NCBI GenBank assembly: GCA_051530055.1
Contig: CM121343.1
Location: 1,148,389 to 1,212,388, forward strand
Length of the DNA: 64,000 nt
Source of the DNA: Neoechinorhynchus agilis
Taxonomy: Eukaryota > Animalia > Acanthocephala
Direction of reading: 5' to 3'
The notes under the pieces were generated by a model. That model did not search any database. It saw nothing but the letters and a program-made list of their open reading frames with translations, and was not told the origin of the DNA. The position numbers and the translations under genes are program-made. Within the stretch, counting starts at the first letter, position 1; every line of letters begins with the position of its first letter. This document shows positions 22,650-33,917 of the stretch, piece by piece.

Positions 22650-24600
22650 AATGAGCGGCGCATAAGAAGCTAACCGAAAAATTCGAAGTCTCTGAAGAGC
22701 ATTTGAATGCCTTATTACTAAGACGATCATAAAAATGTTTGATATTATACCTGCATCATAAACTCACTTTTCTCGGCTGCAACCCATGTCGGATTTTATA
22801 TGCATTCTCTATACGATATTTCATGCGTTGGATCACTCTGGTATATATTATCACATAAATCATCACCATCATCATACAATTTATTCGCACGAGAGTAACA
22901 ATGGATAGCCGAAGTTATTTGGAGTGAAGCTTGTAGTCAAGGATTAAAGCAACGCTGACCATTTTTTTGCCTTATTGGCCCAGTCATCTCTATGTATCCA
23001 TGTGTAAGGGAGATTGCTTAGAGCCTCAAGGAAGGTGCGTGTGAAGATTGGTCTCTGTTCGGGGTCTACCTCTCGAATAATAGACTAGGACTGATATAGC
23101 CCAACAGTTCCAAATGCACTTGGTGCCATGAGAACCGAGCCCCAGTTTATGAGCTCTGTTAGCCTTCAGTTTAGCGACCCTTAACAGTCGCTTAAATTTG
23201 CTGAGATCATGTTTTGGGGGCATATTGGGAGTGAGCGTAAAGCCCAGCACCGTGATCTTATTGGAAATAGAAGAAGATGATATGTTAAAAAAGTTATTAT
23301 AAAAATCGAGTATGCGTCGTTTCAGCGCTACTGATCTCGATTTTAAAATAAATTGGGTTTTAAGTGGGTTGAGTGATAAACCCATTTGCGGGAGAGTAGA
23401 ATTTAGGTATGCTAATAATTCCGAAAGTTTCTTTATGGCTGAGATGTAATTCGATTCCTTAATCACCGCAGTGAAATCATCTGCAAATAAAGTTAGGTCG
23501 TTGCAGATTGAGCAGTTCTTGATAAGAAATTGAGACGCCAAGCAGAAGAGGATGGGCGATAGCGGGGATCCTTGTGGCGCTCCTTTCGTTTGGTGGTAGA
23601 CGTGTTGGGATGTGTCATCTTGAAAAAATAATTTTTTAGATACCATAGTATTATGCACCCTAGCAATGAAATTATAGGGGAATTGGAAGTAACGGAGGAT
23701 CTCAATACAAAAATTAATATTAATGTTATCAAAAGCTTTTGAGGTGTCAAAGGAAATTAGAATATTCATTGATTTCTGATTTCTATTAAAATTAGCTAAA
23801 ATTTCAGTCATTGCCGTGTGTCCAGACTTACGAGGTAAAAATCCATAGAACCTCTTATCGATGTAATCAATGTCTAAGGCGAATTGTAAAAGAGATTTAG
23901 CCAGTGCCTTTTCGTAAATAGATACCAATAAGTTTTGTATAGAAATTGGTCGAACGTCTCCTCCACCCGTAACTTTTTTACCCTTCTTTTTAATCAGGAA
24001 GATTCGTTTCGAGAGGTTTATGTGCGCCCATTCCTCGGCGGAGGTATAGATCATGGCTTGAGCAATTCTGCCAATATTGACCTTATTCAGAACATTAGTG
24101 GCTTTCAGGCAGATCGAGGAGCCATTGTCAGAGGTTTTATCCGTCGACCTCTACCATTGAACAATGTCGGACACTTGGAGATCAAACCTTCTTGGTTTAA
24201 GAGGTAAGAAGACTGGCTGGGAGCTCACTGAACAACCATTGGAGTGGCATTCACAGAGTGTTTTCACCACAGCCATGATCCCCGAGGTCTTTATCCATGA
24301 TGCGGCCGCATGCTGCCAAGGGATGAATCTCTTCCTAGTGATAACTCGCCACCACAGAGAGGAGTTTGGGAGGAGTGTGCTAGAAGAGAGTGGGGAAGCG
24401 GCAATCAGGCAAGTTGGAGGAAACGGGGGGAGCATCCACAGACATTTGAGAGGTGAGATATCGATCGAACAGCTAATCAGTCCCCGTCCAGCGGTAGTTG
24501 AGAAGTGGTGCAAGTAAGAAGTTCCAGGATACGGAGATTTCCAAGGAGGCCATATGATGAGTTTTTAGGAGGAGGGAGAAGATGCTACCATGACGTTAAC
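22650..24600 (-). mobile_element. LINE 'family A' ORF2 portion (342-aa open RT domain plus linker)
   Basis: GGDVRPISIQNLLVSIYEKAL, FYGFLP, SFDTSKAFD, KGAPQGSPLSPILF, FADD, VLGFTL; homologous to 17660-18600. Outer limits approximate. Confidence 0.88.
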
Positions 24601-25149
24601 GTTATTGATCGAACACACAAGTGAGTGTGGACGGGTGTGTGGATGGGGGTGAGTAACGGTTTTCAGAATAAAAACGTTAGTTGTGTCTCAATCGGCCATC
24701 AACAGCTCAACACAATACCTTTGTCTTTTAAAAGAAAGTCCATAATTCAAATATTAAATATTGGTTCTTCGAGTTCAATATGTCTATAAGATTTTACACG
24801 ATTTAAGTGCAAATACACGATTATTTTTGATGACTAATCAAACAAATTGTTAGTCTTTGGAAATGCGCTTTAAATTGCGCCACTTGCTAATCAAATTAGT
24901 CCTCATTTGGTTACTCATCTCTATACTTAGATTGTTTTTATATGATTTATTTGAGAAGGGCACACGAGTATGATAGCCGAGCAGCCGAATAATCAGACGG
25001 CGGCTAATACGATACTCACACATTTAATCATTTGTGCATTTTCGTAGTAAAACTCAGGTTACTGCGGGGGGATCTTCGGATGTTGCAATGGAACTGTAGT
25101 GGGGCGACTAATCTCAGGAAGCTCGCGCGTTTTCTATCCGAGGAGTCTA

Positions 25150-26070
25150 TAGTCCTTATTTAGGAAACGAAGAGCATCTGCAATTTAGATTCTCTGTACT
25201 CTCATCTATGGATCAGGTTGATTCAGCGGAATACGTAGCCTTCGTGACTCTACCTGCTAATGTCGCGTCTCAAGGTCTTGCTTCCATTTAAAAGCCTCCC
25301 TCGATCGAAATGTCTTACTCGCTTTTTAAAATACTAATTAATCGTAAATATATTACTTTTATCAATTTGTACATGCAACCACATTTTATCCATCGGCCTT
25401 GTATTAAAGACCGAGTTAAATGGATTCTTATGTTTAACATTGACCTTATTGTAGGTGATTTTAACGACCCGTCATTAAAGTGGACTAAAGCCGTGAAGCC
25501 TTTCTTCGCCCTCGCTACGCCTTCCTTCCACACTCCTCTCTTGACCGATCCAGTACGATCGTCAAGTCTCTTCGTTTGACTTCTTGGGTTACGATTATTA
25601 ATATAGTCCTCTGGTCTCAACGATGAGCTGCGCAAATCATACCATTTTTCGCCACTTAACGTTGCCTTTTTCCGTCTAGTCAGTCAACGCTTCTTAGCAG
25701 GATCTACTTATCACAATGATTCATCGTATGCGCTACCTTTATTCAATTCCGCTCTGAACAACGTAGCGAACCTTTTTCTCCAACGTACGGTGAGGGTGTT
25801 TAATCGTCAATACGAGAGTCGCTCTCTACGCTTCCTTGGACGTCAACTTTTCCTGGCTAAGCGTTCCGATGACGGAGCCCTCGCCAGTGTCCTTTCCAAG
25901 CAATTCTGGGCAGCTCGATGCCGCCAGCAGCAACAGAACGACGATGCTCTCTTGGGAAACCTTACACTTTTCTCCTCTAGATGGTGGCACACCTTCCAAA
26001 GAAAAAAGTTTATTCCTTGGAAATCTAAAATTACTGCGTGGCTGTCTACCTCAACCATAAATCACATTTT
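25150..26070 (+). mobile_element. LINE 'family A' APE/linker fragment
   Basis: ITFINLYMQ...LIVGDFNDPSLKW; SRWWHTFQRKKFIPW resembles SLWWRVITRKRFIPW (24151-24513). Confidence 0.75.
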
Positions 26071-26078
26071 GGAAGCAG

Positions 26079-26279
26079 GCGGCAGTACTCGAATACTTAA
26101 CAGCGGAGTTGTTGGAATTGGCCGGGAATGCAGCGCGCGATAACAAGAAGAGCAGGATCATCCCAAGACATTTAGTCTTGGCAGTACGCAATGACGAAGA
26201 ACTGAGCAAACTGCTTAGTACCGTCACTATTTTACAAGGAGGCGTACTGCCCAACATTGAACCTAAGCGAAAGCGATGA
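26079..26279 (+). pseudogene. H2A: Histone H2A C-terminal half (5' truncated at the LINE junction)
   Basis: [66 protein letters not shown]; not in the ORF track because it has no start codon. Confidence 0.93.
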
Positions 26280-26399
26280 TGCTATTGGCTTTTATGGGTG
26301 ATACTAACCTAAGCAAATTGGAAAGGCATGTATTTCCTAAGGATGCCGGCAATCTTGGTTACCAGGAAATTATTCAGTCATTGACAAAACTCTCCACTG

Positions 26400-26540
26400 G
26401 TTCATTTGAAACTTCTGGTATTCTTGATAGTGCATCGGCATATACATTCTCTTTGCCCTTCACATATTCGATGGTATCGCCCATCTTCGCAAACGGTTAC
26501 CATGTATCTGATTCAATTCTTTTTATGTCCGAATATGTGA
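26400..26540 (-). mobile_element. Gypsy LTR-retrotransposon RNase H fragment
   Basis: HIFGHKKELNQIHGNRLRRWA.../IEYVKGKENVYADALSRIP. Confidence 0.8.
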
Positions 26541-26541
26541 A

Positions 26542-27053
26542 TCAAAGGTCACCCCCACCGGATTCATAACGATTTCCACCACCGCCACTACTACTACCAT
26601 ATCGATCTCCACCACCACCACCACCACCGTAACGGCCTCCTCCGCCTCCTCCATATCGACCACCACCACTGTCGTAACGGTCACCACTTGAACCATATCC
26701 TCCACGACCTCCACCGCCTCCACGGGATCTATTACGTCACCGAGTCAATCCTTCTTTTCATACGTGCGAGAGCGGAAAACCCTCCCGAATGAACTGGGTA
26801 ACCCACCACCTCTCGCATATTGAACACTGATGTTCTGGCTGTTAAGTTCAATCCCATTCATCTTCTCCACGGCATCCCTAGCATCGTCCGACGATTCAAA
26901 AGTGACGAAAGCAAAACAGTTGCCTTGAGTGTATCCATCGCCACGAGGCTGTTTCAGATTACACCGCCTAATCTCACCAAACTTCTTGAACGCACTTTCG
27001 ACGTCACCTTCAGTCGTCGATGGATGCAGATTGCCAATGTATAACTCCGTCAT
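26542..27053 (-). CDS. RRM protein with a glycine/arginine/tyrosine-rich tail (SR/CIRBP-like); one predicted ~74-nt intron
   Basis: MTELYIGNL (RNP2)...CFAFVTFESSDDARDAVEKMNG (RNP1); GT-AG splice joins GSRGGGGGRGGYGSSGDRYDSGGGRYGGG...DL*. Confidence 0.85.
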
Positions 27054-27082
27054 TGAATGGTGTATGAGCAACAATGGTACTT

Positions 27083-27670
27083 GTGAGGGCTCCAGGATCA
27101 AGTGTTTATGGTGAGAAATTGATAGTAGTTGAATCGGATCCGACGGATGAGACATCTACGGACAACATAAAGACTGAATATCGAGTGTGGAATCCGTTTC
27201 GTTCAAAATTAGCAGCGGCGATTTTGAGTGGAGTTGCTGATATTGGTATTAAGCCTGGGAGTACGGTATTGTATTTGGGAGCGGCATCCGGTACAACTGT
27301 TTCTCATATGAGCGATATTGTCGGTCCAAGCGTCTTGTTTACGCAGTTGAGTTCAGTACACGATCAGGTCGTGATTTACTGACTGTCGCTAAGAAACGGA
27401 CGAACATTGTTCCAATCATTGACGACGCTCGTCATCCGCTCAAATATCGAATGTTGATGGGAATGGTAGATTGTGTGTTTACCGATGTCGCACAACCGGA
27501 TCAAGCTAGAATTCTTGCTTTAAACGTTCATCATTATCTAAAAGGAGGAGGACATTTTGTGATATCCATCAAAGCGAGTTGTATTGACAGTACTGCAGCG
27601 CCTGAAGCTGTTTTCGCTCAAGAGGTTAAGAAACTTAAACAAGAAAGGTTGAAACCACGAGAACAAGTGA
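27083..27670 (+). pseudogene. FBL: Fibrillarin methyltransferase core, truncated at both ends, with a 1-nt frameshift near 27333
   Basis: [82 protein letters not shown]; no GAR domain and no C-terminus. Confidence 0.95.
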
Positions 27671-27699
27671 TACCCTCCTTCTCTCCGAGGGCACCAATA

Positions 27700-28526
27700 C
27701 TCTGGAAAATTGGATGTGAGTGTGTGATTGGATTCAAAAGCGGTATTAAGTCATTCGGATTCTTGGTATCCAAGTAATTTTCGAGTGGTTCACAGATTAC
27801 GGCCTTTTCAAAATCGTCTACAGAATTGTCGGCAAAAGGGCTTTTGAACCATCCGTCCGCTGAGCCGAATTCCGGCATTAAGAAATGTCCTCCATGTGAC
27901 GTTTCAACGGAATAATTATGCACAAGCAGGTCACTTGATTTCTGATATCTTCCAAATAACATATTTTGGTCGCCGAAAGTGAATAACTGCGATATCACGT
28001 CAATTCTGAGAGCAAACGTTGATCGATCAATCTTAAGGTTTATTTTATCTGTATTAAGAGCCAAATACGTTTTCTTCGTTTTATTTCGCTGCTTATATCG
28101 CTGGCGTGCAACGGGTTCTTCTACTTGAGCAGGAATGATTTCTAACGGGTCTTCGCAAATCGATTGAATGGTATCATATCCCAAACTCTGAATGGTCTTC
28201 ACAGGAGCGGTCTTTGTGATTCCAGCGAAACTTGAAACCATACGGGTCGCTTGTTCGTGAAGGGCATCGACTCGGCGGGCATAGACCTTTCCGGTCATGT
28301 CAAGGCACGTTCCGGCATTGTCGAAATCGTATCTATTTGACTTTACAGGACTCCCCTTTTCCACGGACTGCTTCACAAGGTCTACTCTCATCTTCATGTA
28401 CTCACTTAACTCATCAATGGTTTTAACTTCAAAAACATTATTACCCGTCAGTTTGTGTGAACTGAAATTTTGAATCGCTTGCCGGTACATTGAAAGTAAT
28501 AACGAATCACTACCATTAGATATCAT
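27700..28526 (-). pseudogene. NCAPH: Condensin I kleisin (CAP-H/Barren) N-terminal part, 3' truncated at the fibrillarin junction
   Basis: HKLTGNNVFEV and FDNAGTCLDMTGKVYARRVDALH match CAP-H (NKITxKNAF; FxxAxxTLDAxxKIYxxRVDxVH); the frame runs into antisense fibrillarin. Confidence 0.8.
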
Positions 28527-28886
28527 TGGAGAAATGCTACCTGCTCTTCAATACACCTAAGATTTAATGACCCAGTAGTAACGGATCGAACACCAAGAAC
28601 CGTTATCTTATTCGGACCCCCTTCCCCGACGTTGACAATTCGCGAATAAGCGGGTCGATGGCGGATGCAAATAAATATGGCGAAAGCGGGTGCCCTTGCT
28701 TGACGCCTCGACGAAGCTTTGATTACTAGATGTGAGTGACGATGCCACTAGGTAGATGAGGGTACCGAGAATCTAAATTGCAGATGCGGTTCGTTTCCTG
28801 AATAAGGAATATAGACACTCCGGGTAGAAAACGTGCGAACTTCCTGAGATTAGTCACCCCACCACAGTTCCATTGCAACACCCAAC

Positions 28887-29100
28887 CGGAAAAGGCTGCA
28901 CTGGGAGGAGCGTCTGTCTATAGTAGACGAGGATGACTGGTTGAAGAGGATCGAAAGGGTTCGGATTGAGGGGCCAAGGAGAAGAGGAAGGCCGAACAAA
29001 AGGTGGAAAGACTGCCTGAAAGATGATGCGAAGGTGCTTGGAGTGAATGTTTGACATGAGCATGCGACCTCTCGTGGAGAGCAAAGCAGTAAGACGTGTG
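28887..29100 (+). mobile_element. RTE-clade LINE 3' fragment
   Basis: RKRLHW...DDWLKRIERVRIEGPRRRGRPNKRWKDCLKDDAKVLG. Confidence 0.8.
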
Positions 29101-29164
29101 TGTGCACTCAAGTGTTTATTTTTCTGTTTCAATTAGCGATTTTTATTAAGAAAATAGATTTATC

Positions 29165-29205
29165 TTGAAAATTTTGGACCTTTTCGTTGACTTTCTTCAG
29201 TCAAT
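29165..29205 (-). ncRNA. Decayed minimal hammerhead motif (family of 33364 and 44431)
   Basis: Minus: ATTGA-CTGAAGA-A-agtcaacgaaaaggtc-CAAA-AT-TT-TCAAG; G12 lost. Confidence 0.5.
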
Positions 29206-29339
29206 TGTTTGCAAGTGTTTACGACGTTAGATCGTTTATTTTTTTACCGGGCGACTGCATCGTACACTTGGCCAATGTGATGCTTAGATGTTCGCCGTTT
29301 GCTGGTCAAAAGTGGCAAGAAAGCGGTCAAGCAGCCAAA

Positions 29340-29560
29340 GGATCTACGTTCCATATATCCTTGCAGAACTCCTTCGTGACCATATACGAACGAGCCCTTA
29401 CAAACCGTTTGCGTTCCTTCATCGGCGAGCATGAAATCTGTCCACTCCGCTCCTGCGGATATCTATTCTAGATACGGTAATTCCCATCTAGCCATTAGAG
29501 CCATTTTAGCTGTCGACCTTTCCTAAGCCTTTGATAAGTCACGAGGATCCATAACATTCT
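29340..29560 (+). mobile_element. LINE 'family A' RT fragment
   Basis: HISLQNSFVTIYERALTNRL...; resembles RPISIQNLLVSIYEKAL. Confidence 0.55.
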
Positions 29561-29608
29561 TTTTACCAAATCTTTTTATTATAAGGATGACACCAGCAGA
29601 ACCCTCTA

Positions 29609-31375
29609 CTATCCTCTCGCCGGCGTCCCATCTATCTTTGCTGAAGGTGTCTGAATGTCGGATGTTGAGGCAAGGGAGGTGGGACTTGTATTTGAAGGAG
29701 TTTTACAGGAGATGACGGATTGGGAGTCTTTCCTTGTTCTCCGGTTATTAAGGAAAGATTGGGCTTGAGGGAGGAAAGACTTTTGGTAGAGGGTGGTACG
29801 AGCGATGGAAGGATGAAAAAGGTTGGGGTTCCGGGTGTTTACTAAGGACGAGTATTTAGAGATGAGGGAAGAAAATTGTGGAGGGGGTTGAAGAAGACGG
29901 AGGGCGTTTTTGGAGAAAATGGAGTGGAGGTGGGCGTCGAGGTGAGGGAGTGAAGTCCCGTAAATTCTCGCTGCTCCCTTGTGGAAGGTTTTGAGGGAAT
30001 GGAGAGCATTGGTGGAAAGGGCGACGAAAGTGAGGTAGGCGTATGTAACGATAGGGAGGATGACAGAGAGATAAAAGTCTGCAAGGTGTTTAGGGGAAAC
30101 GCCGAGACGCCAGAGGAGTATGAGAAGGTAAAGACGAGGATTTGCTTTAGAGAGTGTAAATGAAATAGCGTTGGATGGGGAGAGGGAGAGGCGCGGATGT
30201 GGGGACAAGCTCAAAAGATTTGGATAACTTTAGGGAAAGGTTTAGGGTGGAGAGCGAGGAAATGAGATGGTTGAGTTCGTCCATATTTGTGGAGAGGGTG
30301 AGAGAGGGAGATGTGATGGTAATGACTGTGAGGTCATCTGCATAGAGAAAATATTTGGTAGAGGGAGCTAGGGGATGGAGGTCATTTAGAAAAATGTCAA
30401 AGAGGAGAGGGGAAAGTACGGCGCCTTGGGGGACCCCTTTAAATATGGGCAGAGAGGAGGAACAAGAAGTTCTACATTGGATATATTGTTCGCGGCTGGA
30501 GTGGAAAGCGGAAATCCAAACGAGTTGCCAAGTTGGGAGGCCAAAGGAAGCACATAATTGGAGGAGAAGGGAGTGATCTACCGACTCGAACGCCCTGGAA
30601 ATATCCAGTTGCACGAGACGGACGGTTTATGCTGGACTGGAATCTAAGCTGCGCACAAGCGTATCGTAGATGCAGAGGAGGGCATCAGAACAGGAGTAAA
30701 TGGGACGGAAAGCGAATTGGGAAGGGGAGATGTTTTTGAGGAAGAAGGGAAGTGGGCGGGTTTTAAAACATTTTTCTAAGATTTTAGAGAAAGGTGAGAG
30801 GATAGAGATGGGACGAAAGGATGCGGGGGAAATCGGCTTATCGTTTTTGGGTAGGGGGGACGACACGGGCTTCCTTAAGACACGATGGGAAAGAGCCCAG
30901 TAGAAAGCTAAGGTTCGTTATGTGCGTTAGAGGATCTATAAGTTCCGGGATGATGAAAATAATGGTCCAATTTGGGATAGTCGAATTAGGGGAAGAATGG
31001 CGGGGCAGGCGTTTAAGGATCTCTAGGATTTCGAGAGGGAAAACTAAGGAAGGGCATGTAGTAATGGGCGGGTCAAAATTTGAGAAAGGAGGTTGGGACA
31101 ATGGATGGGAGGTTTGGATAGGACATAGGTTTTTATTCATAGAGTTAAGGATTGAGATGAGATCAAATTTGAGGAGAGATGCGAAGGGGTGGATGTACCA
31201 AGACCAGTGACATTTTTATTTCACGCCACCAGTTTCGATTGGGAGCGGACAAGAGACGAGATAAGAGGAATAATTTGCGGGCTCTACGGATGCATTTGGT
31301 CAGTCTGGAGTGGAGGGAGGGGTAAGCAGGATTACATGACCGGAAAGCTCTGGGAGAGAACCATGGAGGGTCGCG
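29609..31375 (-). mobile_element. L2/Crack/CR1-group LINE RT region, frameshifted, pyrimidine-rich sense strand
   Basis: DPPWF...WWREIK; LKEARVVP; FRPISILSPFSKILEK; QFAFR; LDISRAFESVDH; GVPQGAVLSPLLF.IFLNDL; YADD; LGVS...FYLSVILPIVTYA. Confidence 0.88.
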
Positions 31376-32660
31376 GTTCGAAATTCGTATTGTTTTGCGA
31401 GGAACATGCGGAATCGTCAAGAACTCCGTCTTTTTCGAGTTGATGGTCAAACCAATCATACTCGCCCTCTCGCACAGTTTGTTTAGCATGCGTTGAGCTC
31501 CTTCCACTGTTGAGTACATCAATACGATGTCGTCGGCATATGCCATGTAGGAGGCGCGTATCTCAGGATACCTGCGACCTCTTTTCCTCAACAGAAGAAA
31601 TCCATCTTCATCATTCGCTAGTGCCCATCTCATTGCCCAATCAAGCACCAAGATGAAGAGGAAAGGAGCCAATGTGTCGCCCTGCAAAACACCTGAAGTG
31701 GTGGAAAAGTATTCTGTCAAACAGTCAGCTGTCTTCACGGCGGACCTTGTGTTTTTATATAATGCCATAACGGATGTGACAATGATCGGCGGCACTCCAT
31801 ACTCCTTTAAGATACCGCCAATCATCGTTTGATTTACCGAATCGAAAGCTCGACGGAAATCAAAAAATACCAGCGTCACATCCGTTTGATGAATTCGTGC
31901 CTCCTCGAGGATCCTCCTCAAAGCCAATATGTGCTCTGTGGTGCCTCGACCTTTCCTGAAGCCGTTCTGTTCAATTCTTAGAAAAGGTTCTAGGATTGGC
32001 TGAATTCGGCGTCTCAAGATGCGGCTGAAAAGTTTTGCCGTGTTGGACATCAAGGACATACCTCTGTAGTCTTCCACCTTTGTTGAGCAGCATTTCTTGG
32101 GAATCATTGTTAAATGCGCTGTTTGCCAGATCTGAGGTACTGAGCCACCATTCATTATGCCATTCATTATCGGAATGATCTTTCCGGCAATAGATTCAAA
32201 CCTCAGTACCTCTGCAATTATCCCATCTGGGCCTGATGCACGTCCCGCACGCATCATTTTCGCCGCAGCGATCACTTCCTTCACGGAAATCGGTCCAGTG
32301 AAGTATGCCTCAGTGCTTGGGACGATTGTGCCTTTTGGAAGTGCAGGACTCACTTCCAAAGACGATAATGGCGAATTGAGAATTTCCGCAAAATAATTTA
32401 CGATTCTCTTTTTTCTGATTTCCGGGGAGGGACCTTCAATCAAAGTTGGCTGTCTTTGGGATCTTCCTGTGAGAGTGTTTATCGCTCTCCATGCTAAGGA
32501 GGTACGAACAAAACCTTCCTTATATGCGATCCCGCGAACTGCATCTTCTATCGAAGCCTTTTGCTTTTCATTATAGAGGTTGGCAAGTTCAAGACTTGCA
32601 ATGCGAGCCTCAGATCGTTTTCCTCTTTTTCTTAGAGTTTTGATCTGCTCAGCCATTGCC
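31375..32660 (-). mobile_element. RTE-clade LINE RT (open frame, truncated at both ends)
   Basis: ASGPDGI.AEVL; YRGMSLMS; EQNGFRKGRGT.EHI; FDFRRAFDSV; GVLQGDTLAPFLF; YADDIVL. Confidence 0.92.
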
Positions 32661-32947
32661 ATAAATTCACAGTCCTCCTGCCATATAACCTTTGCAGCCG
32701 CAGTGTGCACAGATCTCCTGGGTAAGAAACCGTAACAGCGGCTATTAGCGAATCGCGAGATGAACTTCGTTAATGCCCTCTCAGAGATGCTCACAAAAGA
32801 ATTCTGTATGGAGACAGGTCTAACCTGGTCAGCCGAGGAAATCGCAGCTGGCGCCTCGGGAGAAGCGAACATTATAGAGTGAAACTCGGTAAGGGTTTCG
32901 ATTACTTTATCCAGCCCAAAGTTTTTGCTCCAGGCACCAGCGGCCAA
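32660..32947 (-). mobile_element. LINE 'family A' RT fragment fused in frame to the RTE piece
   Basis: QVRPVSIQNSFVSISERALTKFISRFANSRCYGFLPRRSVHTA. Confidence 0.75.
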
Positions 32948-33083
32948 TCACCAAGGGCGGAAAAATTTGCGCGAGTTCGTCTTCCACCACGATGAACAGT
33001 ATGATTTTAGTGATCCTAACTTCAACTTATCCTACTCGCATTGTAAAAAGACATTTAAGTGCGAATAAAACACTTTAACAATT

Positions 33084-33122
33084 ACACCCTGAAGAAGCCG
33101 TTGGACGGCGAAAGCTAGGTGT
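33084..33122 (+). ncRNA. Minimal type I hammerhead ribozyme, intact core
   Basis: ACACC-CTGAAGA-A-GCCGT-tgg-ACGGC-GAAA-GC-TA-GGTGT then TTCAATAAAA; palindromic AGCU stem III. Confidence 0.9.
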
Positions 33123-33329
33123 TTCAATAAAATCTCTTTCAGTCGGATTGTCAATCAAACAATCATCAATAAATAAAACATGCGACTGAACAACCAAGCA
33201 GCGCTTAGTAATCCTAGCTAAGATAGAAACGCGCCCGACTAGGTCAATAAAGGGAGGCCCAAAACTACGCGAGGGCAACATTACCCTTTGATTTAGGTCG
33301 TTAAAGATAAAATCCATGAGTATGTGAAC

Positions 33330-33450
33330 GTGGGGAAAAAATTATATATCCAAGATGACTTTTATTGAAATATTTCGTCCAATCACGCTGGATTTCTTCA
33401 GTCAATTATTGTTAATAAAAGTCATCTTGGATATATAATTTTTTTCCCAC
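33330..33450. repeat. Fold-back inverted repeat (~37-bp arms) enclosing a hammerhead
   Basis: gtggggaaaaaattatatatccaagatgacttttatt ... aataaaagtcatcttggatatataatttttttcccac. Confidence 0.9.
33364..33406 (-). ncRNA. Minimal type I hammerhead ribozyme (10.1 mismatch)
   Basis: ATTGA-CTGAAGA-A-aTCCA-gcgtgat-TGGAc-GAAA-TA-TT-TCAAT-AAAA. Confidence 0.75.
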
Positions 33451-33499
33451 CTTTGATTTAGCCAAGTGAAGGACTTAATCGTATAATGAAAGCAACTTA

Positions 33500-33917
33500 G
33501 ACTTATGGTTACTGGGAACCTATCTGTTAATCGTGGGGAGGAAGGAGATACTATAAACTGCAAGGCAGTCACTGATGTCCCGACGTTTCCGAAAAGCATA
33601 TTGCCTTAGATTGGAAACAAACATTTCCTCCCGTTTATGTATATCGACAAAATTGCATAGCTAAGGTCAGTTGAGGTGTATTCGGAAATGAGTTTAAGAA
33701 GCAAAGCTTGCCTGAATGCATAGAGAAGACCTTACGAGTAATTTGAAAGAGGCAAAGTGATGAAAAATGTAAATTCTACTGCTGTAGTCTGGAATTTACA
33801 TGGAGGCTGAACCACATTCGAAATAGATTTCGTTTTCAGTACGAGAATTATATCGCATTCGACAATTTCATAGAGTCTGGAAATTCCTATCCGCTTACTT
33901 GAATTCCATTGTACCAA
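33500..33917 (-). mobile_element. LINE 'family A' APE endonuclease N-terminal fragment
   Basis: MVQWN...FTFFITLP...GLLYAFRQ...ISEYTSTDLSYAILSI resembles LVQWN...FSTFITPP...GLLSIFRT...ISNFVSSDLSYALFSL (16324-16620). Confidence 0.75.

Noticed and set aside
27054-27155. N-terminal extension of the 26745-27155 RRM ORF
   Set aside because: It is antisense to fibrillarin coding sequence; RRM homology starts at the ATG at 27053.
27325-27345. Fibrillarin frameshift as programmed recoding
   Set aside because: It is a single missing G (agcg[g]tctt) with no slippery site; mutation in a truncated copy or sequencing error is simpler.
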